Notes under the pieces: generated by a model | Told to the model about the DNA's origin: nothing | The model's database searches: none | What the model saw: the letters and a program-made list of their open reading frames with translations, nothing else | Assembly (NCBI GenBank): GCA_963709585.1 | Contig: CAVPXI010000004.1 | Span: 256,001 to 320,000 of the forward strand | Direction of reading: 5' to 3' | DNA: 64,000 nucleotides | From: Candidatus Dormiibacterota bacterium | GTDB taxonomy: Bacteria; Chloroflexota; Dormibacteria; Aeolococcales; Aeolococcaceae | Shown here: one piece after another, positions 10,002 through 19,652 of the stretch | Layout of the letters: the number at the start of each line of letters is the position of its first letter | Numbering within the stretch: position 1 is the first letter of the stretch | Program-made: the position numbers and the translations under genes

Positions 10002-11989
10002 CCTTCGCCTCGGTCGTCCCCGAGACGCGATCGCAGCTGCCACGCGACGCCTACACGTACTCCATTCCCGAGGATCTCGCCGAACTTGTCCTTCCGGGCG
10101 TGCGTGTCGAGATCCCGTTCGGCAAGCGGTCGATCCTCGGCTACGTGGTGGAGCGATCGGAGGAGACGGAGTTCGCGGAAGTCCGCGCCATCGATCGGGT
10201 CATCGACGAACCGCGACTGCTGCTCGATCATCACCTTGCACTGGCGCGACAGATCGCGGAGCGATACTGCGCTCCGCTCGGTGAGGTGCTCCGGGCCATG
10301 CTGCCCAAGGGCGTTCGCACGCGCCCGTCGCGAAGAGCGGGGCCGAGGTCAATCTCGCGCGCGGTTGCCGAAGCAGGCGCCGCCGGGCCACCCGAGCCGG
10401 CGCCGCTCCTCAACGACGCACAGCGGGCCGCGGCGGTGCCGCTGCTCGATGCTATTGCGACGCGTACCCACCGCCGCATCCTGCTCCACGGCGTCACCGG
10501 GAGCGGGAAGACCGAGGTGTATCTCGCCGGGATCGACGCGGCACTCGGCGCGGGTCGCGGCGCGATCGTGCTCGTGCCCGAGATTGCCTTGACACCGCAG
10601 ATGATTCGTCGCTTCACGGTGCGATTTCCCGGGTTGATCGCGGTCGTCCACTCTGCGCTCACCGACGCCGAGCGCGCGGCCGAATGGCGGCGCATCCGCA
10701 GCGGCGAGCACACAGTTGTCATCGGCTCGCGGAGTGCGGTCTTCGCCCCAGTTCCCGACCTCGGCATCGTTGTCGTCGACGAGGAGGATGCGCCCGCGTA
10801 CAAGCAGGATCGCGTCCCCCGATATCACGCGGTCGACGTCGCATTGATGCTTGGGGCGCTCTCCAGCGCGCCGGTCGTCATGGGAAGCGCGACCCCACGG
10901 GTCGAGAGTTTCTACCGGGCGCACACCGGGGATCTCGAGCTCGCCACCCTCCCCGAGCGGGTGAGCGGCCGCCCGCTGCCGCCGATCGAGGTCGTCGATC
11001 TGCGCGACGAGTTGAAGGCGGGCAACACCAACGCGCTGTCGCTGACCCTCGACCGCGCGCTGCAGGAATGCCACGCCGACGGTGGTCAGTCGATCCTGTT
11101 TCTCAACCGTCGCGGCACCTCGACGGTGGTGCTCTGCCGAACCTGCGGCGAAGCCGTGACGTGCAGCAACTGCAGCGTGTCCCTCGTGCACCACGTCGAC
11201 CGCGGGAGCTGTGACTGTCACTACTGCGGTTTGTCGATCCCGATGCCGAGCGCGTGTCCCGCATGCGGCTCGCGCACGATCCGCGCGCTCGGCATGGGCA
11301 CGGAGCGGCTCGAGCGCGAGGTGCGCGAACGCTTCCCGGCGCTGCGCCTGATTCGCATGGACCGCGACACCACGCGATCGCGGGATGCCTACTTCGACAT
11401 CTACGACCGTTTCCGCCGGCACGAGGCCGATTGCCTGATCGGGACGCAGATGGTCGCCAAGGGCTGGGATCTCGGCAACGTGCGTCTCGTCGGCATCGTC
11501 AACGCCGACACGTCCCTGCACTTCCCTGACTATCGGAGTGGCGAGTTGACCTTCTCGCTGCTCACCCAGGTGGCGGGGCGCGCGGGACGCGGTGACGAGC
11601 CGGCACGCGTGGTGCTTCAGACGTACAGCCCCGGTCATTACGCGGTCCGCCACGCGACCACCCACGACTACCTCGGATTCGCGCACGACGAGATCCGCGT
11701 GCGCAAGGCGTTGCGATTTCCGCCGTATGCGCGCCTCTGCGTCTGCACGTACGTGCACAAGGACGACCGCGAGGCTGAGATCGAAGTTCGCCGGGAGGCT
11801 CAGCGAGTGTCTGATACACTCGGAATTGGCGCCGGGCTTGACGTCCTCGGTCCGACGCCGGCGTTCCTCCACCGCCTCCGAGGCGAATACCGCTGGCAGA
11901 TCACGGTGCGAGGCACCGACATCGAGAGGGCATTTCCTCACCTTCCCAGGGCTCGGGGCTGGAGTATTGACGTCGACCCCGGGGCGTGA
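9998..11989 (+). CDS. priA: primosomal protein N'
   Basis: GVTGSGKTEVY, LVPEIALTPQ, FLNRRG, 8-Cys zinc region, GTQMVAKG, QVAGRAGR. Confidence 0.97.
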   Translation: MTFASVVPETRSQLPRDAYTYSIPEDLAELVLPGVRVEIPFGKRSILGYVVERSEETEFAEVRAIDRVIDEPRLLLDHHLALARQIAERYCAPLGEVLRAMLPKGVRTRPSRRAGPRSISRAVAEAGAAGPPEPAPLLNDAQRAAAVPLLDAIATRTHRRILLHGVTGSGKTEVYLAGIDAALGAGRGAIVLVPEIALTPQMIRRFTVRFPGLIAVVHSALTDAERAAEWRRIRSGEHTVVIGSRSAVFAPVPDLGIVVVDEEDAPAYKQDRVPRYHAVDVALMLGALSSAPVVMGSATPRVESFYRAHTGDLELATLPERVSGRPLPPIEVVDLRDELKAGNTNALSLTLDRALQECHADGGQSILFLNRRGTSTVVLCRTCGEAVTCSNCSVSLVHHVDRGSCDCHYCGLSIPMPSACPACGSRTIRALGMGTERLEREVRERFPALRLIRMDRDTTRSRDAYFDIYDRFRRHEADCLIGTQMVAKGWDLGNVRLVGIVNADTSLHFPDYRSGELTFSLLTQVAGRAGRGDEPARVVLQTYSPGHYAVRHATTHDYLGFAHDEIRVRKALRFPPYARLCVCTYVHKDDREAEIEVRREAQRVSDTLGIGAGLDVLGPTPAFLHRLRGEYRWQITVRGTDIERAFPHLPRARGWSIDVDPGA

Positions 11990-12003
11990 ACGGAGACATC
12001 AGC

Positions 12004-12513
12004 GTGGCCATCCTTCCCATCGTCCTCGTCTCGGACCACAACGACGTGCTCACCACCAAGGCGATTCGCGTGCCGCGGGTGGACGACGAGATACGCCGTC
12101 TGATGGACGACATGGTCGAGACGATGTTCGCCGCCAACGGGGTGGGGCTCGCGGCTCCGCAGGTGGGGGTGTCGCTGCGGGTCATCGTGCTTCGCGTCGA
12201 CAATCAGATCTATCAGCTCGCCAACCCGGAGATGGTGCGTACCGACGGCGATCAGACCGGTTTCGAGGGTTGCCTGTCGGTGCCAGGGTGGGTCGGCGAG
12301 GTCACCCGCCGGATGAGGGTCGTCGCCAAGGGACTGAACCGCCATGGCAAGGAGGTCCGCGTCAAGGGCGACGGCCTGCTCGCCCGGGCAGTGCAGCACG
12401 AGCTGGATCACCTCGACGGCATCCTCTTCACAACCAGGGTGAACGAGGGGACGCTCCGCGAGGTCGAACCCGCAGAGGAGGCTGAGGAGCCCGGCGTCGT
12501 CAGCGCTGTGTGA
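12004..12513 (+). CDS. def: peptide deformylase
   Basis: GVGLAAPQVG, EGCLS, QHELDHLDG. Confidence 0.97.
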   Translation: MAILPIVLVSDHNDVLTTKAIRVPRVDDEIRRLMDDMVETMFAANGVGLAAPQVGVSLRVIVLRVDNQIYQLANPEMVRTDGDQTGFEGCLSVPGWVGEVTRRMRVVAKGLNRHGKEVRVKGDGLLARAVQHELDHLDGILFTTRVNEGTLREVEPAEEAEEPGVVSAV

Positions 12514-13428
12514 GGCTCGTCTTCTGTGGCACCGCCTCATTTGCGGTGCCCTCGCTCCGGGCAACCGCCGCACGCCACGAGGTCGCGGCGGTCGTCACCA
12601 GGGCGGATCGGCCGGGAAGCAGAAGGCCAGGCGCCGCGCCCGGTCGGCGAGGCGGCGCGTGAGCTCGGCCTCGAGGTGCTGACCCCAGCGCGAATCGGCG
12701 CGCCTGACGTGGTGCGCGACCTGCTCGCGCTGGCACCGGACTGCCTGGTGGTTGCCGCCTATGGCCAGATCCTGCCCACGGCGCTGATCGACCCGCCGCC
12801 GCATGGCGCCGTCAACGTCCATGGGTCGCTGCTCCCGCGCTGGCGGGGCGCCTCGCCGATCGCGCACGCCATCCTCGCCGGCGATGAAGAGACCGGCGTC
12901 TCGATCATGCGCATGGAGGCAGGTCTCGACACCGGACCGGTGTACTCGACGGCGCGTGTGCGCATCGACGCCGGCGCCACAACACCCACCCTCACCGCGA
13001 CCCTCGCCGACCTGGGCGCCGCCGAGCTCATCTCGGTGCTCGACGCGCTGGAGCGTGGCGACGCGATCGCGACGCCGCAACCGGACGACGGCGTGACCCA
13101 TGCGCCGCGGCTCAGTCGCGCTGACGGGCGCGTGGACTGGTCGGCGAAAGCGGCGGTCGACGTCGAGCGGATGGTGCGGGCGCTGCAGCCGTGGCCTGGC
13201 GTGCTCGCGCCGCTCGACGGTGTCGGCGTCCAGATCGAGGCAGGCGCGCTCTCGGACGTTTCCGCCGGGGCGGTCCCCGGCAGCGTGGCTCGCCGCGAGG
13301 GTGAATCGGTTGTGATCGCCGCTCGCGAGGGCGGCTACCGCGTCGACCAGATCACGCCACCCGGCAAGCGAACCATGACACCGGCCGCGTTTCTGCGCGG
13401 CCGGCATTCCAGCGACGGGAGTCGCTGA
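12510..13428 (+). CDS. fmt: methionyl-tRNA formyltransferase (one +1 indel near 12622)
   Basis: VRLVFCGTASFAVPSL from the GTG overlapping the def stop, then VAAYGQIL, NVHGSLLPRWRGASPI and GLDTG in the next frame. Confidence 0.95.
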
Positions 13429-13892
13429 TGCCGCCGGCGCGGAAACCAGGCGACAACCTGCTCGCCAACAACCGCCGGGCACGATACGAGTACAGCATCG
13501 TCGAGACCATCGAGGCCGGCATCGAGCTGACCGGCACCGAGGTGAAATCGCTGCGGACCGGCCGGATCCAGCTGCGCGACGGCTACGTGCGCATCGAGAA
13601 CGGGCAGGCGTGGTTGATCCAGGTCAACATCGCGTCATACCAGCAGGGCAACCGGAACAACCCCGAGCCCGAGCGCCGCCGCCGTCTCCTCCTGCACAAG
13701 CGCGAGATCGAGTATCTCGACGGACGGGTCCGGACCCAGGGGCTCACGATCATTCCGCTCAAGCTCTACCTGGTCCGCAACCGCGTCAAGGTGGAGATCG
13801 GCCTCGCGCGTGGCAAGAAGCTCTGGGACAAGCGCCAGGACGTCGCCAAACGTGATGCCGAACGCGACATGGAGCGCGCCATCAAACGCTGA
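13428..13892 (+). CDS. smpB: SsrA-binding protein
   Basis: NRRARYEY, EAGIELTGTEVKSLR, LLLHKREI, GKKLWDKR. Confidence 0.98.
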   Translation: MPPARKPGDNLLANNRRARYEYSIVETIEAGIELTGTEVKSLRTGRIQLRDGYVRIENGQAWLIQVNIASYQQGNRNNPEPERRRRLLLHKREIEYLDGRVRTQGLTIIPLKLYLVRNRVKVEIGLARGKKLWDKRQDVAKRDAERDMERAIKR

Positions 13893-13901
13893 GCGCGGAG
13901 A

Positions 13902-15125
13902 TCAGCCGGCGGCGGCGTGAACCTCGGGCTCAGGTGGCGCAGCCTGGGACGCGGCGCTCGGACGGTTGGCCCTGATATCCGGGACCACCCGGGCGGCGAG
14001 CCCGTCGATACGCTGGCGCAGCTCGCGCAGCCCGGTCCCGCGGGTCGCGCTGACCGCCAGCGCCGACACCCCGGCGACGTCGCCGAGTCGCAGCCGTGCG
14101 GCGCGGACCTCCGATGCGGTCAGGCGATCGACCTTGCTGAGCGCGAGGATCATCGGCTGCTCGCAGTCCATCGATCGCAGGGTGTCGAGAACGGTGACCA
14201 GCTGCTGCTCCGCGTCCGGGTGGGACGCGTCGACCACCAGGCAGAGCATGTGAGCCTGGCGCACCTCCTCGAGGGTCGCCGCGAAGGCCTCGACCAGCTC
14301 GGTCGGCAGCTTCTGGATGAACCCGACCGTGTCGGTGAGGATGACCAGCTTGCCGGACGGCAGCTCGAGACGCCGGGAGGTGGGGTCGAGGGTCGCGAAG
14401 AGCAGGTCGTCGGCAAGCACCTGGCTGTGGGTCAGCACGTTGAGCAAAGTCGACTTGCCGGCGTTGGTGTACCCGACCAGCGCGCACGACGCGAGGGGAA
14501 CATTGGTCCGCGCGGTGCGCCGGGTACGACGCTGCCGTTCGATCACCACGAGGCGTTCGCGCAGGCGCTTGAGTTGCTGGCGGATGAGGCGCCGGTCGAC
14601 CTCGATCTGCTTCTCCCCAGGGCCGCCTCGGAGCCCGACGCCGCCGCGCTGGCGCTCGAGGTGGGACCACCCGCCGGCGAGCCGGGGCAAAAGGTGCTCG
14701 AGCTGCGCCATCTCGACCTGCACCCGGCCCTCGGCGGTGATGGCTCGGCGCGCGAAGATCGCGAGGATCACCTCGGTGCGGTCGAGCACCGGGACGCCCC
14801 ATTCCTCTTGCAGGTTTCGCTGCTGGCGGGGGGTCAGCTGGTCGTTGCACAGCACCGCCGGGCTGTCGAGCTCGGCGAGATGGGAGGCAAACGCCGCGAC
14901 CACCCCGGAGCGGAAGAAGGTGGCGGGATGCGGCTCGCGCAGCGAGATCAGGCTGCGCTCCAGGACCTCGGTGCCGAGGGTGCGAGCCAGCTCCTCGAGC
15001 TCGTCGAGCTCGATGTCGCGCTGCTCGCGCTCGTCCCGTCCGGAGGCGGTGCCGATCACGATCACCCGCTTCAGCTTCGCGCCGACCGCCGGGTCAGCTC
15101 CCGATGGCGCGTCGAAATGGGGCAA
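13902..15125 (-). CDS. hflX: GTPase HflX
   Basis: RGGPGEKQIEVDRR, GYTNAGKS, LFATLDPT, DTVGFI. Confidence 0.97.
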   Translation of the reverse strand: MPHFDAPSGADPAVGAKLKRVIVIGTASGRDEREQRDIELDELEELARTLGTEVLERSLISLREPHPATFFRSGVVAAFASHLAELDSPAVLCNDQLTPRQQRNLQEEWGVPVLDRTEVILAIFARRAITAEGRVQVEMAQLEHLLPRLAGGWSHLERQRGGVGLRGGPGEKQIEVDRRLIRQQLKRLRERLVVIERQRRTRRTARTNVPLASCALVGYTNAGKSTLLNVLTHSQVLADDLLFATLDPTSRRLELPSGKLVILTDTVGFIQKLPTELVEAFAATLEEVRQAHMLCLVVDASHPDAEQQLVTVLDTLRSMDCEQPMILALSKVDRLTASEVRAARLRLGDVAGVSALAVSATRGTGLRELRQRIDGLAARVVPDIRANRPSAASQAAPPEPEVHAAAG

Positions 15126-15218
15126 CTAGTGCGTCACCGGCCGGGCCACAATCAGGAGCATCCGATCAGCCTACCAACGGCGCCTGCTGTCTGCTGAGGA
15201 TCGCGGCCCGGGTGGGGC

Positions 15219-16463
15219 TCACGCAGCTGGGGCAACCGTGGGGATCTTGAGTTGCATGACGGCGCTGCCGGCGAGGGTCAGCGCGGCCGCGAACACGATC
15301 GCAAAGGTCGTCGACACTCCGAGGACCGGCCCCGCCAGGGCGGATCCGATCGGCACGCCGGCGAAGTTGAGGCCGATCGAGACGGCGAAGGCGCGTCCGA
15401 ACCACGCCCGGGCGGTCCGGCGCTGGCGCAGCGAGAAGGCGCTGACACTGGACGCCGCGTCTGCGCCACCGGCGATAGCGATACCAATCGCGATCACCGC
15501 GATCGAGGGCACGAGCAGCGCCAGGACAGCGAGAGCCATGACGGCGCCGAAAAGGGCCATCAACTCGCGTTCCCGGCCCTCGGTCCGAATCCGCCCGGCC
15601 ACGAGCGCCGCGGGCACTCCGGCCGCACCGGCGAGCGCCAGGATGAAACCGACCATCGCGGCATTGCCGTGCAGATTGAAGACGACGACGGGCAGCGCAA
15701 CGATGACGATGCCCCAGCCGACGTTGAGCGTCGAGAACGAGATGGCGATCCAGCGCAGCGTGCGGTTGGTCACGACGTAGCGGAAGCCGCGCCAGGCTTC
15801 GTAGAGGATCCGGCCGGTCACCTCGCCGGTGTGGGCAGGCTCCCCGACCCCCTGCAGCGCCAGTGCGCCCGCCACGAATCCGACAGCCGCCCCAGCGAGC
15901 GCCGCCTCACTGCCGAGCAGTGCGATCAGCGCTCCGGCGAGACCGGGACCGGCGATGTTCGCAACCCCGTACAACACGCTGTCCGCCGCGTTGCCGCGGT
16001 CCCAGAGGTCGCGGGGCACGATCAGCGGGAAGAACGAGCGGGCGCCCGCGAGGCTGAGCGTGCTGGTGACCGAACCGCCGACCAGCAGCGCGTAGAGGCC
16101 CCACACCGGCAGCCGATTCGCGGCCGCCAGGATGACGATGACCGCGAGGCATACCGCGGCCACGATGAAATCGAGCGTCATGAGGCGCTTGCGCCCATGA
16201 CGATCGAGCAGCGCTCCGGCGATCGGGCTGAGCATCAGTCCTGGAAAGATGAGGAGGAAGAGGCTCAACCCGGCGACGCCCGGCGAGTGATATCGCTGCA
16301 GCGCAAAGATGACCAGACCGACGGTCCACATCTGCGACGCGGTGCGGGTCAGCAGCGAGCTGATCAGCAGCCGTCGAAATCCAGGAACGCGGAGCAGTCG
16401 GCGGTAGGTCGGGGGGCTCGCCGTGGCACGGGGAGCCGCGGTCAGATCGACGTTCGACGGCAC
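15219..16463 (-). CDS. MFS transporter (MFS_3 / macrolide-efflux-like)
   Basis: ~12 hydrophobic segments; motif A GALLDRHGRK. Confidence 0.9.
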   Translation of the reverse strand: MPSNVDLTAAPRATASPPTYRRLLRVPGFRRLLISSLLTRTASQMWTVGLVIFALQRYHSPGVAGLSLFLLIFPGLMLSPIAGALLDRHGRKRLMTLDFIVAAVCLAVIVILAAANRLPVWGLYALLVGGSVTSTLSLAGARSFFPLIVPRDLWDRGNAADSVLYGVANIAGPGLAGALIALLGSEAALAGAAVGFVAGALALQGVGEPAHTGEVTGRILYEAWRGFRYVVTNRTLRWIAISFSTLNVGWGIVIVALPVVVFNLHGNAAMVGFILALAGAAGVPAALVAGRIRTEGRERELMALFGAVMALAVLALLVPSIAVIAIGIAIAGGADAASSVSAFSLRQRRTARAWFGRAFAVSIGLNFAGVPIGSALAGPVLGVSTTFAIVFAAALTLAGSAVMQLKIPTVAPAA

Positions 16464-16622
16464 GGCGACATCAATCGCGCCGTATGGGCGCGCGGAGACG
16501 TCAGAACGGAAACCACGTTGTAGACACTACCAACTCCCTGCCAAACGGTGCGGGCGTCGTGGCAGCGTCTCCGGCGTTGTATGCTTGATCGAGCACGCTG
16601 ATCTCGGACAGCTGCGTTCCAT

Positions 16623-16997
16623 GGGGGCGTACTGGTTTCGACGGGGTCGTGGGTCGTGCGAATGCGAGTCGAGCCCCGGGCTCGTAAAACCGGGAAAAAT
16701 ATACGTGCGAATAACGCACCCCTCGCCCTCGCTGCGTAAGTAGCAGAGACGAAAAAAGCTCAGGCTTCGGCCTGACGTCGACCGTCTCCTCGGCTGTGGG
16801 AGACGGATCCGACGTTAATGCAAGCAGTCTCGCCGCCCGGTGGCGTCTCGGCGCCGGGCGGGACATTCACCGAGGCTGGCCGTAGCCGAGCCTGGTCCCA
16901 GGGCGCGGTTGGGGTGAGATCAAAACCGGGACTACACTCGTAGATGTCGCATGGAACGCGGCTTCGGACCCGGGTTCGATCCCCGGCGCCTCCACCA
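16623..16997 (+). ncRNA. ssrA: tmRNA; tag peptide (A)ANNAPLALAA encoded at 16707-16739
   Basis: 5' GGGGGCG...TTTCGAC; acceptor pairs with CGCCTCC including G3-U; T-arm GGGTTCGATCCC; 3' CCA; tag ends ALAA-stop; smpB 2.7 kb upstream. Confidence 0.97.
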
Positions 16998-17051
16998 CAC
17001 AATGAATACGGAAACCGCTTCCGACCGGGGTTTTGACCCCTACCGTGACCC

Positions 17052-17108
17052 CTACTGGCTCAGCAGGCCGTCCATCGCCGCTGCCGCCTCACGCTGCATC
17101 GTGGGAGA
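17052..17108 (-). pseudogene. relic C-terminal helix of a tyrosine integrase
   Basis: Translates SPTMQREAAAAMDGLLSQ*, resembling integrase C-termini; its stop overlaps the TGACCCCTAC repeat next to the tmRNA 3' end. Confidence 0.6.
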
Positions 17109-17133
17109 CCCCTGGCAGCGCGCCGGGGGTCTC
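17105..17133 (+). terminator. 12-bp stem-loop, probable ssrA terminator (could also serve the convergent gene)
   Basis: GAGACCCCTGGC-agcgc-GCCGGGGGTCTC followed by TGTGT. Confidence 0.6.
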
Positions 17134-17163
17134 TGTGTCACGTTCCTGACGATGCGCCAAGGG

Positions 17164-17597
17164 TCAGGCGGATAGGGTCACGCTCCAGGAGTACGTCTTC
17201 CCGGTTGAGATGTCGGTGTAGGCGCCGGACAAGGTGCTGCCGGACAAGGTCCCCGTGAAGACCACGCCGGTGGCTGATTTAAGAGTGATCGTGCTGCCTA
17301 TCAGATTGCCCTCGATGTCGAGGGGCTTGCCGGGCGGCGACGACAGCAAGAACGTCCCCTCAAGCCCGTTGGCGGTTTGCCTCAATGTGAGAGTACAGAA
17401 GCCGTTGGACGTGCCACTACACAGTCCCCCCACGTTCCGCTCAGGTCGAGCGTTGGAATCGTCGTCGGTCGTGTCGGCGCGTGGGTAGGGGGACGTTGCA
17501 AGACGGCGATGAGGGCGCCCACGGTTGCAGTGACCGCGACCAGCACCGCGAGCACGGCCGCTGGCCTCCACCTATGACCCGATGGCTCGTCTCCCAT
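17164..17597 (-). CDS. membrane-anchored or secreted beta-rich protein (frameshift in the G homopolymer at 17426-17431)
   Basis: Hydrophobic N-terminus and PT linker ending DLSGTWG in one frame, continuing as GLCSGTSNG...SWSVTLSA in another. Confidence 0.7.
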
Positions 17598-17739
17598 GAC
17601 CTCGCCGATGATGCGCTCGCCCCCCTACGCGTCGCGTTGCTTCGCTGATCGCTTGCGGGTGATGGCGTCGACCGCGTCGCGTTGCTTGTCAGGTGCGTCA
17701 GTCCCCGGCGCGGGCGTCCGCTCTTTGCGGACGCGCGTA

Positions 17740-18957
17740 CTAGCCGACGCCCGTCTGGACTGCATACTTGGCACTGATGAGCGTGGCGACCCCCGAGGGC
17801 GTCACTGAGAAGGTCCTCTCGCCGAAGTAATCAGTTGCGATCAAGAGGTCGCCCGACGTCCAGAGCGTCGGGGCCAATTCGTCGTTACCGGGGACGACCA
17901 GGACATGGCCGCTCACTAGGTCCAGCAGTTCGAGTTGGGTCCCTGTTGCAGTTGCGGGGCAAGAGATGGAGACCGCTGCGTACCTGGCATCGGCGGATAA
18001 CGCGACCCCGCCGTTCAGGCACGACGGTGACGTCATTCCCGCGATGCTGTATTTGGTCTGCTTGCCGTCGGGTGCGACAAACCGAATTCCCGGTGACGCG
18101 CCCCCAACGGAACAGGCGATGGTCCCGTCGTCGGCGATGTCCTGGAAACTGCAGTCTGTACCGATTCGACCGGCGAGACCAGTGGCCGCACCCGTCGCGG
18201 GGTTGATGAGGATGGCCCGTGAGGCCGCCAAAGTCGAAGCGCCGAGATCCCCGCACTGATTGTCGCCAGACACCACGATGCCGGCCGCCGTCCACGCCGC
18301 CAGACTGGCCTCCGTGACCCCAGCGCCGAAGGACACAGTCGCAATCTTTTTGGCGCCACTGCCCTCGTCGATGTATATGTCTAGTGTCGCTCGAGTTGAC
18401 GATCCGCAGTCAGGCGCATTGGTTTGCACCGCCCAAGCCCATGCCTGGCCATCTTCGCGTCCGATCACTGACGGAGCACCGGCGACGTTCTCCTCGAGGG
18501 TCGTGAGGGTGCCATCTGCCGATATCGCGACGATGGAAACGTTTGACCCGATCTGTTGGCCGTCGGTCCCAATCATTCGAGCGCCAAACGTGCCGTCGAT
18601 CGCCAATGTCGCGTCACCGTCGATGATGGGCCCTGAAGGCATTGGAGCAGTTATCGTTCCGTTTGCCAGCATCAGCACAGCTTTCCCGTTGCCGAGGGTC
18701 CCGCCGCCGGCGATCTGGTTGTCACCAAACGCGACGAAAAGTGGTTCGAATGAGGTGTGCGTCGGGGTCGGGGAGGGTGTCCCAACCACCGAAGTGCTTG
18801 TCGGTGTGGGTGAGGACGCCGGGGACACAGTCGGTGCGGATGTCGGCGACACCGTCGGTGCGGATGTCGGTGTTCCCGTCGGCGAGGACGTCGCCGTTCC
18901 GCAGGCTGCCAGGGCAGCTGCGCTGGCGATAACCAGGGCTGTTCGTTGGATCCGCAT
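17740..18957 (-). CDS. putative lipoprotein with PTS-rich linker and beta-propeller-like domain
   Basis: Signal MRIQRTALVIASAAALAAC (lipobox LAAC); AAGGA RBS; Pro/Thr/Ser repeats. Confidence 0.8.
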   Translation of the reverse strand: MRIQRTALVIASAAALAACGTATSSPTGTPTSAPTVSPTSAPTVSPASSPTPTSTSVVGTPSPTPTHTSFEPLFVAFGDNQIAGGGTLGNGKAVLMLANGTITAPMPSGPIIDGDATLAIDGTFGARMIGTDGQQIGSNVSIVAISADGTLTTLEENVAGAPSVIGREDGQAWAWAVQTNAPDCGSSTRATLDIYIDEGSGAKKIATVSFGAGVTEASLAAWTAAGIVVSGDNQCGDLGASTLAASRAILINPATGAATGLAGRIGTDCSFQDIADDGTIACSVGGASPGIRFVAPDGKQTKYSIAGMTSPSCLNGGVALSADARYAAVSISCPATATGTQLELLDLVSGHVLVVPGNDELAPTLWTSGDLLIATDYFGERTFSVTPSGVATLISAKYAVQTGVG

Positions 18958-18994
18958 CGAGTGGTTCCTTTCGTTCTTCGGCGTGTGCATGCGG

Positions 18995-19020
18995 AACGAC
19001 CATGTCTTCGCTTGGGTTAC
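18995..19020 (-). promoter_or_regulatory. ECF-sigma-type promoter candidate
   Basis: GTAACC-N16-CGTT upstream of the lipoprotein gene. Confidence 0.45.
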
Positions 19021-19309
19021 GCGATTGAAGCGTTCGCGATCCCGGTACGGCAACCAGTGGCACCTCACTCCTCCTCTGTGGTGCCGTTCGTGATCCCGGG
19101 GGCCGATCGCAGCATCGGGCGTCGCGATCGGGCCGATGGTGTAGGAAGAATCGCGGCCCAATCCTGGCTCAGTCCGGCACATCCCATTCCGAGATCGTCG
19201 CCGAGATCAGCCAGGGACAGTTCGGCGTCAGGAGGGTGTGCAAATGGCGGATGACCCCGTCAGCCGTCGTTTGTCTAGCGAGGTTTTTCAACCATCAAAC
19301 AACCGCACC

Positions 19310-19366
19310 CACAGTGAGTACGGAACCCAGGAACTCGGGGCCTTGACCCCTACGCCTGACCCGATC
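19310..19366 (+). repeat. imperfect copy of the sequence immediately 3' of tmRNA (16998-17055)
   Basis: CACAgTGAgTACGGAA...GGGGccTTGACCCCTAC..TGACCC versus CACAaTGAaTACGGAA...GGGGttTTGACCCCTAC.TGACCC. Confidence 0.7.
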
Positions 19367-19367
19367 C

Positions 19368-19550
19368 TCAGGCGACGTCCTGGCGATGCTCAGGAACGCC
19401 GGCGGGCGTGCGCCACGGATCCGACTGGCGAAGCTCCGCAGCCTGCTCGCGCTCCTTCTTAGCCTTATCGGCCTTGGCAGCCTCAAGCGCGGCCGCCGCA
19501 GCGATTGCGGAGTTGTAACGCGCGAAACTCGGCCCCCGATTCACCGGCAT
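19368..19550 (-). CDS. possible small helical protein or fragment
   Basis: 60-aa ORF with coiled-coil-like AALEAAKADKAKKEREQAAE; no family recognised. Confidence 0.35.
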   Translation of the reverse strand: MPVNRGPSFARYNSAIAAAAALEAAKADKAKKEREQAAELRQSDPWRTPAGVPEHRQDVA

Positions 19551-19652
19551 GAGAATGGCAGTCTACGCTTGCAGACGTGGTCAGTTCAGCCACGGTCGCC
19601 GTGCTCGAACCGGCGGTTTCGTCGTCCTACCTATCGTGATACCATCGGTAGG

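Noticed and set aside
18828-18871. 17-bp direct repeat GTCGGTGCGGATGTCGG
   Set aside because: Encodes the Pro/Thr/Ser linker of the lipoprotein
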